Positions 1 through 12,066 of a stretch of DNA of 64,000 nucleotides are shown piece by piece. Position numbers and translations under genes: made by a program. A model generated the notes under the pieces. The model was not told the origin of the DNA, searched no databases, and saw only the letters and a list, made by a program, of their open reading frames with translations. The DNA is from Cycas panzhihuaensis (lineage: Eukaryota > Plantae > Cycadophyta). The first letter of the stretch is position 1, and every line of letters begins with the position of its first letter. The stretch is from assembly GCA_023213395.1 (NCBI GenBank), contig CM041465.1, positions 156,681,741 to 156,745,740 of the forward strand, in the 5' to 3' direction.

Positions 1-717
1 CGTAACTCTTCACTTTATTAAGCAATATGTCTTATACATTCAATTCTAGAACATATCCTACATATGTTCCATCCATATACACAAGGTCTGTTACATGTGT
101 CCCAAACAGGGAATGTATCTGGAATGCATCTGCTAGATTCTCAATCCGTACCACTTTCCTTGGTATGCTAGCTGTCGTACTACTTCATCAATTAGAATAC
201 TTGGCTCTCACCCTTGAGAGAATAACATAAGGTTGAATCACTCACCCTTGAGAATATGCCATGTAATGAATAACTTAGCTCTCACCGCTAGAATGATCCT
301 CAAAAGTCTCCTTAAATATGTCCTTTTGATGCCTCTTGGTGAAGGGTTATGGCTCCCAGTCATAACCGTACCTTTTTGTCATCAAGGTACCCTTTCACTT
401 TAACACATGATTAAGTTTCCTTAATGGTGTCTTTACCGTTCGTATGTATGTCCACTGTGTTGACGTCATCACATCTAGGTGCCTTTGGGTCATATCTATC
501 CATACATACTTGGTTGTCAGCTAATGTACCGAAAACGATATGCACCCTGTGTTTTGTACCTGAAATGGTACGCACCTATCATACGTACCCAAAATGCTCC
601 TTTTCATGTCTTTTTCACCGTGTGTACCTCCATACGGTCCACACTTGCATTCCACAAGTCAGTACAAGCCTACATTCTATGTTCCACATAGCCTATGTGT
701 CAAAATATACCCCAACA
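1..717 (-). mobile_element. Ty3/gypsy LTR (5' part, runs off the window), related to the LTRs of 11019-17061
   Basis: Reverse complement starts TGTTGGGGTATATTTTGACAC at 717 and aligns with 11019 (TATTGGCACATATTTTGGCAC). Shared motifs GGCACC..GATGACGTCAAC, GACACCATTAAGG, GGTGAGAGCCAAGT, GAAGAGTTACG. Confidence 0.85.
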
Positions 718-1330
718 CCCTTATGATATTATTGTTGTCTAGACATTATGATTATGAGTTAATGCTATCATACTATGTTTATGATATTTGTTCTATTGTT
801 CTTGAATATTCAATGATCTCTTTGAATATTTTAATAGAGAAATCCTTTTAAGGAAATTTTAAAGTCCAAATCATCTCTTTTCACTTTTGATCTTGGAGAT
901 AATGATCAACAAAAAGGATCAAACTAGAATATGGTCTCTTAGATATAGTTGCAACCGCTAACTTGAGGCAGCTCAAAATCCAAAGAACAGGAGATGATGG
1001 AACAATTGATTCCATGAAGATGCTACACATGAATGAAGAGCATATCAAGAGCCATTGTTGCAATCTAGAATTAACTAAAGATGAAGGTAGAGCTCACGAC
1101 ATTATCTTTAGGAAGATACCTAGATTCAAGCATTGCAAGTTCAAAGCAACGTCTCATGTCAAGTCATGTGTCAGTTTTTTGTTAATCCTTAATACTTAGT
1201 GTTATGATGTTATGTTAGTCTTTAGTATTCAATTTTTTGTTGTCTTGACATTAAACATTAAGGCAGGGTGTTAAGAGTTAATGTTTAATGTGTTTAGGTG
1301 AATGTTATGTCTAAGGGTTATTAATGTTGT
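718..1330 (+). mobile_element. Degenerate relative of the 33306-37993 non-autonomous family: LTR tail, diverged RNase H tail, PPT, LTR start
   Basis: 718-836 matches the reverse complement of 33306-33450. ORF 963-1199 resembles ORF 33682-34023. GTCTTGACATTAAACATTAAGGCAGGG-TGTT (LTR start 1269) mirrors 33701-33727. Confidence 0.6.
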
Positions 1331-2469
1331 AGTCCTAAAGGGGCATTGTGTCATGGTCTATAGATTAGTATTATCGTCAAAGGTATAATAGGGGTGTTGT
1401 GTTAAGTCATTAAGCATACTTATGCACATCTTTATGTAACACCTAATTAGTAGGTGAAGAGGTTGCCAATTATGGTTGGAGGAGTTAGAAGTAGACACAA
1501 GTATAAATATGTATTCATCTCCATTCAATAAGATTAACATAGTAGATTTGATACTCATGTTTCTTACAGTTCCATACATAATACAATGGGTGTGCAACCC
1601 TTTGCAACATTGTCGGAATTCTCCTCCAAATTAATTTTGACAATTGTCATTACCAATGTTGTGCAAGCTACCTTTGAGATGAAGTTACGACCATGACTAC
1701 CAGAAAGAGATGGCAATGTACTCATTGATGTACAAATCTGAATCTACTCTTAGATGTGTTGTATTGACTTGTACAAATTGGGCTATGCTAATGCAAGGGT
1801 ATATTTTTCCATTCATGATGAAATAATAATTATGTCCATGAAGTTGTTTTTCAACATTAAACAAAGTAGAATTATGGCCATGCACACCAATAATAAGCAT
1901 ATCTTGTGACTTCACTCTTGTGGGTTGTGACATATAGTATTGGAGCTTTGGTTTTGGTGAAGTTATGTACAACAAACAAAATTCATTGATATAGCTAAAA
2001 AAATGGAAAAATTGAATGTGCTCTAGCTCCACAATGGAGATGGAACTAAGCAATGATTCAAAGGGGAGATTCAAAGTAGCCACCATCTTGAGAAACAGGG
2101 GAAATCTCCCTCAAAGGCTTCAAAGGCCCAACAGTTCACCCTCCAATTATGAAAGGTGCATCAAAGAAGGAAAGAAATGTAGCTTGAAGAAGTCAAAGTT
2201 GATTCCAAAGTGCAATCCCCAGAATCTTTAGTAGGGACAAGTTCAGTTGGCTCGCATTTTTCCCTAAATCCAAAAGATTGGTCTCCCATTAATGAGATGA
2301 CACTCTTGGAGAAATCCTAACAACTAAAGAGTATTCAACTTACCAGTCTTGAATGAACACAATACCACTTCAGATTTTCTTGCTTGGCTCAAAGAACAAG
2401 CAAGCCAACAAATGGTGGGATGGGTTAAGATTCAAATAAAGAATGGACTTAGGAAAGAAGCCTCAACTT

Positions 2470-3182
2470 TGTTAGAATATAATGTCTAATTCTTTGTATA
2501 TTAATGCATTATGACTAATAACTTAACTGTAACATTTAATGTAAGTCATATAACATAGATGTAACTTATTATGTTAGTCTTGCCTCTAACCCTAACATGT
2601 TATTAAAGGCTTCTTGTATAAATATGTACTTTTACCTCTCAATGTAATCAAGAGAGTTCATTATTCTTCTATGAGTTGTGATTCTCCCTGGCTCTTCTGA
2701 TCTAACATGGTATCAGAGCACCATTCAAATGACCAAGAATCTAGTTTTTCATGCTCGCGCAAAGCACATCGAAGTTCATCATCACTTCATCTAGGAGAAG
2801 GCAAACAAAGGGTAAATCAAATTATTCTATTGTCCCAACTCTGAGCAACTTGCAGATATTTTCACCAAACCTCTCTCTAAGGATAAGATTCTATACCCTA
2901 GAGACAAAATTGGAATGAAAGAAAAGGATTAAACATTAAGAGGGATGTTAGAATAAACATCTAATCTTTTGTATATTAATGTATTATGACTAATAACTTA
3001 ACTGTAATATTTAATGCAAGTTATCTAACATAGATGTAACTTATTATGTTAGTCTTGCCTCTAACCCTAACATGTTATTAGAGGCTTCTTGTATAAATAC
3101 GTACTTTTACATCTCAATGTAATCAAGAGAGTTCATTATTCTTCTGTGAGTTGTGATTCTCTTTGGCTCTTCTGATCTAACA
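2470..3182 (+). mobile_element. TRIM-like copia mini-element: LTR 2470-2707, PBS-Met 2708-2719, RNase H C-terminal remnant, PPT, LTR 2946-3182
   Basis: Two ~238-bp TG..CA repeats (~93% identical). PBS TGGTATCAGAGC. Internal part reads [41 protein letters not shown] precedes the 3' LTR. No matching TSD (AACTT vs TATAT). Confidence 0.9.
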
Positions 3183-3570
3183 TATATGAGAACAGTTCAA
3201 GCAATTGATGTGCTTTCATTATTCACCCAAAGATGGTATAGAAGAGGCATAGACCCAATTGCTATGATCACAACAAGTACACTAAGTAAGAGATTGTAAC
3301 TCCAACATTAAGGAGTTCTTTGCTCGGCTACCACTGATGCCCATTTTTTGAACTTCTACCAATATAAGGCAGATTTTAGACTAGGAAGAAAGGTAAAAAT
3401 TCCAAGAGGAATAACTCTCTATAAGGGCAAAAGGATGGATGGAAAAAGTCACACGCTTCATTTGTAGGCAAGGACATCTTACTTATAATTGACATTGAAT
3501 GCCCATTGTCCCAACTAGTAAAAACATAAAATAACATAACTATCTATGTTCATTACAAAAGACTTCATTG

Positions 3571-3577
3571 TATACAT

Positions 3578-3626
<49 letters not shown>
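3571..3626. repeat. Compound microsatellite (TACA)n(CA)n(TA)n
   Basis: Read directly from the sequence. Confidence 0.95.
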
Positions 3627-3627
<1 letters not shown>

Positions 3628-3758
3628 TTAAGCTCACACACATAAGCAATCAAGATAAGAGTGTATTGTAGACAATTCAACCATGAATGGAGAGGTGCAA
3701 ATATGTGGCTTAAATACCACTATAGGGAACCCTCCCACACTTTGCCCCTAGTAATCCA

Positions 3759-6700
3759 TGTTAAAAAACAACATGAATAGAAGAAGCCTTTTTCTCATTA
3801 ATGGTTAGTGAGAGTGTCTCACACATATAAATACATTAGGTTTCTAAGAGAGATCCAATACATGTAGGCCAAGTGTTGATTTAAGATTAAGGGGGATCAT
3901 GACACATAACCCTTAATTTTTACTTAAGAGACCCAAGTGTACTTTATGAATAAAACACTAGATAGAACATTAATATTTCAACACCCTCTCTTAATGTTTT
4001 ATCCTTTGTTTTTATTCGATTGATTCTGAGGACCTTCGAATTTGTCCTTTGGCAAAGGCTTTGTAAAAATATCTACAAGTTGTTGCTCATTACTGTAGTA
4101 TTATAGATCTATCTCCTTAGCTTGAACTTTCTCTTTGATGAAATGGTGATGCACTTCTATGTGCTTTGTTCTTACATAAAAGATAGGATTTTTTGTCAAC
4201 CTGATAACACTTTGAATATCACAAAAGACTAAGGTCACTTTAGAACACCCTTGATTTAAATCCTTGAGCAATTGCCTTAACCAAACAACTTCATAGGTTG
4301 CATTTACTACAACCTTCTATTCTGCTTCTATTGATGATAGGGCCATAGTTGGCTGTTTTTTTTTGCTCCAAGATGTAATAGTTGATCCTAGGGTGAAGCA
4401 GTATCCTGATGTCGATTTCCTTTCTTGATGTTCTCCTACCCAAGCTGAATCACTGTACCCTATCAATTTTAGTTTAGCAGCCATAGTATAGCTCAATCTT
4501 AGATCCAATGTGCCTTTGATATATCATAGGATTCTTTTGGTCGTATTCCAATGAGAGACCTTGGGAGCATGCATGTATCTAGAAACTATCCCTACAGAGT
4601 ATGATATATTTGGTTTGGGAGTCATTAAGTAAATAAGACTTCCAACCAATTGTTAGTAAAATGTTTCACTTACTTCTTGATTATCTTCATCTGATATTAG
4701 AATACATTCTATTTCCGTAGGTGTGGCACATAGGTTACAATCTTCCATATTAAATATTTTTAGAAGATTCATGGCATATTTTGATTGTGAGATGAAGATA
4801 GCATTTGTTTCTTGATTCACTTCAATGCCAAGATAGTATGAAGTGGGCCCATGTCTGTGATCTCAAAATTGCTTTCCATATGCATCTTTACCCATTTGAT
4901 CGTTTCATGATCACTACCTGTAACAATCATATCATCTACATATACAGCAATTATAGTGATTAAGGCATCTTCTTGATTTGTAGGATATAGGCTTGGATCA
5001 AACTCACACTTGTTGAACCCTTTTTTCTTGAGATGACAGTCTAATTTTGCATACTAGGTCTGCAATGTCTGTTTTAAGTCATATAATGTGTTTTACAATT
5101 TGCAGACCATATGTTCCTCTTCTTTCCTTGTATATCCTAGACGTTGCTCCATATACACTTTGTCGTCCAAATCACCATTTAGAAAGGTACCTTTTACATC
5201 AAGCTCCACAATTTTCCATCCATATTAAGCTGCCATGGCTATAATAGTACAAATCGTTATCATTTTTGCTACTAAGGCAAATGTTTCCTCATAGTCAATG
5301 CTTGCAGTCTAGGTGTATCGTTTTGCCACCAGCCTAGCTTTAAATTTCTCGATGTTGCCTTGTATCTTTCCTTTATCTTGTAAACCTATTTGTACCCCAC
5401 AATTGGTTTATCTTTTGGAGGAGGAGCGAGTTCCCAAGTATTATTTTGATTTCAGGCAAGCATTTCTTTATCCATAGCCTCCTGCCATTCTAGATTTTCA
5501 CGGGCTTCTTCATAATTTTGAGGTTCAATTGAATAGACCAAGGCTTGAGGCCCTTGAGACCTTGTTCTCTGCTAAAAAATGTCTCCTTTTGATTCTCCCA
5601 TAGCCTTTAGATACCACTTAGGCAATCTTTGTTCAGTTTGGATAATGTCTCTTTGTCATTCTCTTGGAGAATCATTTTCCTATTCTCTTACCTCTTGAGA
5701 ATTATTGTTTGAGACATTTTTCTCTTGAGATGTTGCCTCTTTATTAGGAATTCCCATTGTTTCTTCCTGAATTATGTTTCCTTTTGATGTACTTGCTTGT
5801 TCATTTTCTGTCGAGGTCTCATCAAAAGTGACACCTTTGTTGACATAAATTTTGTTTGTTCGTGGATCTATACACCTATATGCTTTGGATTTGTTACTAT
5901 ATCCGATCATAATACATTTAATGCTTTTGTCATCCAATTTAGACCTCTTTTGATCAAGGAATATGTACACAGGTAATGCTCCCAAAAACTCTAAGATGAC
6001 TCACATCAAGTTTTCTACCTGACCAGGCTTCTTCTAGAGTGAGTTTCTCAGGAGTTTTTGTGGGGTTTCTATTTATAAGATATACAACTATGTTAACAAC
6101 TTTGGCCTCATATGTATTGGATACTCCCCTTTCTTTTTATTATACACCTAGCCATTTCAGTTATGGTTCTATTTATTCTTTCCATTACTTTGTTTGATTG
6201 TGGAGTATAGGGACTAGTATGTTGCCTACAAATACCATGCATCTTACAAAAATGGAAGAAATCATTTGATATATATTCCCCTCCTCCATCTGTCCTAAGA
6301 ATTTTGATTTTATGTCCAGTTTCTAATTCAACCTAGGCTTTGAATTCGTTAAAAATATCAAAGACTTCTAATTTATTAAAAATAAAAAACACCCAAGTCT
6401 TCTTGCTAAAGTCATCTATGAAGGTAAGAAAATGCCTAGCCCCATTAATAGAATTTGGTATGATTGGTCCACATATATCATTGTGTATCAATTCCAATTT
6501 TTCTCGTACTTTCTAGGTACTTCCTTGAAACTGGCATTTGTGTTGCTTTCCCAGGTAATCCATCTACCATATTCAATCCTTTTAGCATTTCTAGTCTATC
6601 ATTTGCAATATGTCCATATTGGGAATGCTATATTTCATTATTAGAGTTGCAAAGAGCAAGAGACTATATGAGAAGAGAATGAATAGGAGGAGATTTAATA

Positions 6701-8926
6701 GGAGTAGAGACTAACTTATAAAGATTATCTATCTCTATCCCTTCCATGATTACAATGCCATTTTACTTCATATCACAAATGTAACATTTGCCATCTTTAT
6801 CAAAAATGACATGAAGTTTTTCTTTCTTAGTTGAGATACAGAAAGAAGGTTTTTCTTTAACCCAGGGACAAATAGAACATTACCAATCTTTTTGACTTTC
6901 TCATTGATCCTTATTGCTATGGTTCCTTCACCTTTTATGCATAAAGGTAAGTTGTCTCTAAGTTATATTGCCTTGCCGAAAAGATACGGATGAAGAGTTT
7001 CAAACTAGCCTTTTTTTCCTGTCATGTGATTTGAGGCTCCAGAGTCTATAAACCAATCCTTGTTGTTTTAGACACAAGAGGCTAGAGTAGTAACAAAGGT
7101 CATTTCTTCTTCCTCTACTTTCATTTGCTCATTACTATAGTTACTTTCAACTTGCTTTCCTCTATAGATCTCTAATCCTTTTTATGGGAAGTTGCTGGGC
7201 AAATGTCCAGGTCATCCACAATGATAACAGGTTTGAGTATCTATTGATCTACAATTGCTGGCAAGATATCCCTATCTTCCATAGTGATAACTAATTCGAG
7301 TATTCATTGATCTACCTCTTGTATCTGTTGATCTTTCTCTTGTGCACCTCCCTCTATCTCTTGAAATGCTTTTGAATTCTCCCCATTCTCCAATCCTCAG
7401 TCTAGAGATGAAAGCTTTTTTTATTTTAGTTTCTTCTTCATATCTTTTTATTCTTTGTTCTTGTTGTAGTAAATGTCCACACAAAGTATCAAAGGACATA
7501 CTCCCAACCTGTCCTCCTGTAGTGAGAGTATTGACAAGATTATCAAATGATTTTGGAAACTTGTTGAGGGAGAGATGAACAAGTTTTGTATTGGACACAA
7601 TTTCCCCAACAGAAGCCGAACTATTTTTTACTTCCACAACTTTGGTGATGAATTCTGAGACTGGTTCTTCTTCCTTCAGATGTAGCTAATATAATTGTTT
7701 TTTTAAGATGACTATTCTGGCTTCTTCTTTTTTTTTTTTAACTATATAAGGAGGCTAGGATCTTCTAGGCTTCTATAAAAGAAGATGCCTCACTAATGTG
7801 AGTCAATAGAGATCTCCTACAAATAGGGTGATTGCTACATGAGCATGTCTATCCCTTTGTTTCCAATTTGCAAGTTTGACAGCATCAGTGGCATCTAGAT
7901 TTGCTTCTTTTCTAGTGACAAGGTTGCAGGCATTTTTAACAACTAAAAGGCCCTTCGTTTAAATTCTCTAGGCACTATAGTTCTGACCCGTTAATTTGTC
8001 AAAGTCTGCCAAGGAGTAATAGAAGCCATTTTGATGAGAGAAAGGGGAAGAGACTGAGTAAGAAGTTGTTTTGTACCATAAATAGACCAGAACCGTGTAG
8101 TTGTACAAAAGAAGTATAGTTGTATGGTCACCAAAAAAAAAACTCTCCTAAATTAAATATCTTTGTAGTGTCTTTCCAAATCTACAGTTGATTTTTCAAA
8201 CAAACTTGTAGTTTATCCAGAGTTAGCTCAAAAGGTAGAAGGGTGGCTAGGGTTTAAGATGTTTTTCTGCTCATATCTTAAAAAAACTCAAAATACCCTA
8301 CACATTTGAGATTTTAAGATGAAGAGTTCAAGACCAAATTTAAGCACTAAAACAAAATGTTTTGAGAGAAATCAACAGAGGAAGGTTAAAACCCATGCCC
8401 ACTTTTTTTTCCAGTTTCTTTCTCATAAAGACTAAATCTAAAGACGATTGTTTAGAACAGTAAAATCCCCATAGAAGGGTGCCCAAGTTGGTAAATTTCC
8501 ATCATGATCTGAGCACTTCAATTTTTTCTATACAGGGTTGTATGAATCCGTACAAGAAGTCATAAGCAGTCTATATAATGTCTTTATGGTTTAGACACTT
8601 AGTAGATGATGAAAAGATTTTCTCTTCAAGTTTCTTCAAAGATTTGAAAACTTTTTAAATCAATCTTGCTAGGATACCTTATCAAACCTGCTCAAATACC
8701 ATGTTAAAAAACAACACGAACAAAAGAAGCCTTTTTCTCATTAATGATTGGTGAGAGTCTCTTACACATATAAATACATAAGGTTTACAAGAGAGATCTA
8801 GTATATGCAGGCCAAGTGTCAATTTAAGACCAAAGGGGAGTCATGACACATAATCCTTAATTTTACTTACAAAACCCAAGTGTACTTTATGAATAAAACA
8901 TAGGATAGAACATTAATATTTCAACA
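3759..8926 (-). mobile_element. Full-length decayed Ty1/copia element (LTRs 8702-8926 and 3759-3983)
   Basis: ~225-bp LTR pair, perfect TSD ATCCA, degenerate Met PBS TGGTATTTGAGC (8690-8701), PPT AAGAGAGGG, domain order gag-PR-INT-RT-RH. Confidence 0.95.
3990..8029 (-). pseudogene. gag-pol: Copia gag-pol with many stops and frameshifts
   Basis: Fragments: gag 7272-7637, DSGAS protease near 7040, integrase KRSKLDDKS..CIMIGYS 5680-5985, YVDD near 4935, RNase H GYSDSAW..KSTSGY 4317-4508. Confidence 0.9.
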
Positions 8927-10329
8927 ATCCATGGTTGGAATTCAGTGGCCACTCCCTTATGTTACCATTTCCACCCCATGGAATGTCCTAATCCATCAAG
9001 CAGCAACCCCCATCAATGTTGTTGTGAAAGCAGTGCCAAGGTCTCATTTTTTGACAATTTGACTAGTCCATTAATTTTCTGTTAGATTCAGTCACTCTAC
9101 GAGGCCAATCTTGAGCATCTTTGGTACCTCTTGTACCTAGTTCTCTTCAACCCACCAACCAAGGTAAATGTCTAAGATGGTGTGATAAAAATTAAGAACA
9201 CATCTCAATTTCATAGATAAGTGGTCAACACTTTTGGGGCCTTGCTCATCTTCCCAACCGAAGGTACCTTCAATCTTGGAGACTAGTCCATCAAAACTCC
9301 ACATGAATCTAGTTCATCAAATCCCAAAAGCCAAAGGCCTTCTAGTTGTTCAAGGAAGCATGCCCAAATCATTAGCTTTCTTTCATCCATGGCCTCCAAA
9401 CATGCACATATCTCCATAAATGAAATGGCAAAAAATAGTAATCAAGCATAATACATAATAGGCCCATTTTCCCTATTTATTGTTTCATCATGCAAGCATA
9501 AAGTAAATCATGCATATGAATTCTTAAACCATAAAAAGACATGCATACTTTCTACCATTAATATTTCATTAAAATTATGCATAATTACAAGAGGGATAGC
9601 AAACACATTTATGTTATTAAACTAAAATACAAGAAGAATGATATGATAGAAGAATAGATCTAGTTTATCATTGTGTTAAGGGGTTTACTATGGACAACAA
9701 ATTATAAATTATGAGAACAATTTTTGCGACAAAATTTAAAGTTATTTGAGGATAGACATAACACAAGATCTTAGCTTTAGATTCCCCATAGAAAATAGAC
9801 TTTAGCCACAAAAGCTTTTTCATGGTATAAGTAACTATTTATTTTGGTTTTTTGATAAAGTTTAGCATTTGAAGTTATACAATTTGTGTATATAGTCACA
9901 TGGCCTACATATGCAACCATATTACCTAGGGTACAATTGTCATGCATGATAACCCTATAAACTTGCATGACAATTGTACAACTTGGCATCATGACATTGG
10001 TATGGCTCCATTATGAAACCATATGGCCCATTATACTTGTGATCTTCCAAACCTTAGAGGTAGTTCTATAATCTTCCACAAATACACATGTATTGTTGTT
10101 GACTACTACTTGGCCCATTTGCATCCTAAAACTGCTCGATAAGGTAGCCATCTCATGTGCTCTTACTCTTTGATGTTGATTGCACTTAGGTCATTTACAA
10201 CATACATAGCAACTTTGCAACATTCATCACATATACAACATTCTCAATTATCATACAAGCAACCAATCGAAAATCATATAGAATATAGAAGATGTTCCTC
10301 TTAACTTGTTTATTTCATTAATCTACATT

Positions 10330-10500
10330 GAATACACATGCTAGATTGTTGCATTACTTTCATTGTTTAGCTCTCACTCTTGAGAGTACAGCATATGGGC
10401 CAATCACTTGGCTTTCACCCTTAAGAACATGCCATATGATCCGATCCTCTAACTCGGTTCTCACCATTGAACCAATAGGAGAAATGACCCATTTATACTA
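10330..10500 (-). repeat. Probable old LTR fragment carrying the CTTGGCTCTCACCCTTGAGA motif array
   Basis: Three degenerate copies of the motif also seen at 200-290 and, reverse-complemented, at 11510-11530. Boundaries not found. Confidence 0.4.
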
Positions 10501-11927
10501 TTTTACATAGCCAAGAACCTAAAAGGGCATGACTTTACGATCATATCTTTTGACTTTTCATAACATAAAATCCTAATCAATGATAATCAAGTGCCTCTTT
10601 GTATGTCTGTACGATCAGTCTTTAGAAGCTTTGACATAGAATTGTCCTCTCTAACACATTTTCCATACCAAAGCCATCCATTATTGTTAGAACTCTTCCA
10701 AAATTGTCCCACTGTATGAAGAGAATCATTCCCCAGAGCTTATTCTTTGACTTGCAACCATCCCAGGCATTCCATAATTGTTCCAAAAGTGTTCTTCATT
10801 GGATATTCACTTACTTGCATTGATTTTGCATTGGATCTTTTGTCAAAGCCATTCCTAGAAATGTTCTTGATCATTCCCAAGCATCCTGGTACCAATTTCT
10901 CTACATACATCTATTCAGGGATTCGAAAAATGTTTCAAGCATCCTTGCTTAACGTCACCAAAATCCCACTTGTTGCTTTGCTAAGAGAAAAAAATTGTTT
11001 TCAATGGTAGGTCACCTTTATTGGCACATATTTTGGCACGTAGACCTTGAGGAAGATGGAATATAGGGTTATATTGACCAGAGAAATGCAAGTATAGACT
11101 GTACAGAGGTACGCACTGTGGAAAAAGGTGGAAAATATGCAATCTGGGTACGTATGACAGATACGTACCTGGTTACGTACCTTTTTGGGTACGCATTACA
11201 GGATGTGTACCATTTTCGGTACGCTAGCAAACAACAAGGTACATATGGACAGATCTGACCCAAAGGCACCCAAAAATGATGATGTCAGCCCAAAAGGACA
11301 TATGTACGGATGTACGGATTAGAAAAGACACCATTAAGGAGACTTAATCAAGTGTTAAAATCAAAGGGTACCTTGGTGACAAAAAGGTGTGGTTATGACT
11401 TTGGGTCATAACCTTTCACCCACAAGGCATCAAAGGGACATATTTAATGATGCTTTGAGGACCACTCCAGTGTGAGAGTCGAGTGATTCAATCCTATGGT
11501 ATATATACTCTCTAGGGTGAGAGCCAAGTATTCAGACACTCAATGGTACGAAAGCCAGTACGTATGACAGTAGCCTAAAGCAGTGTATGATGTTGTGTAC
11601 CATCTGGGTACGCATGTGACAGTAACAGTGTATGTGGTTGGAATGCACAGGGAATGCATTCCAGCACCTTGTGTACAAAGACTTATTACTTACTAAAAGA
11701 AGAGTTACGTGGAAATACTAGTCTTATGTGTCCTATAAGGATTGGATGCTGAATATGTGCTGATTATTGTATTGTTGTGTGAATTGTGATATGATGATGT
11801 GGAATTGTTAATAAATCTGTGTAATCTATATGGATGAATATGTTGACTTTATCCTAGACTAGACTACCTGTGTTACCTTGACAAGTGTACCGATCTCATA
11901 AGTGCTGTGAAATCATAAAGTCAGCAT

Positions 11928-11940
11928 TGGTTCCGTTGCC
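11928..11940 (+). promoter_or_regulatory. PBS complementary to tRNA-Glu
   Basis: TGGTTCCGTTGCC is the complement of the plant tRNA-Glu 3' end ..GGCAACGGAACCA. Confidence 0.75.
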
Positions 11941-12066
11941 TACGTCCACTGAGGAGGGACTAGGGCCAGGAGTTTCATAAGGGGGAATGATTAAAGCACA
12001 AAGGATCCTGGTTGTCGTCGTGATGGTAGGCTGTAACTAAGCCTCCGACAGCTAGGGGACCTTCTA

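Noticed and set aside
424-851. Short ORFs repeated at 479, 11069 and 16231 (MPLG..)
   Set aside because: Chance frames in homologous LTR sequence.
1600-2469. ORFs 1697-2086 and 2016-2231 as host genes
   Set aside because: No recognisable domain or exon structure; probably very old TE debris.
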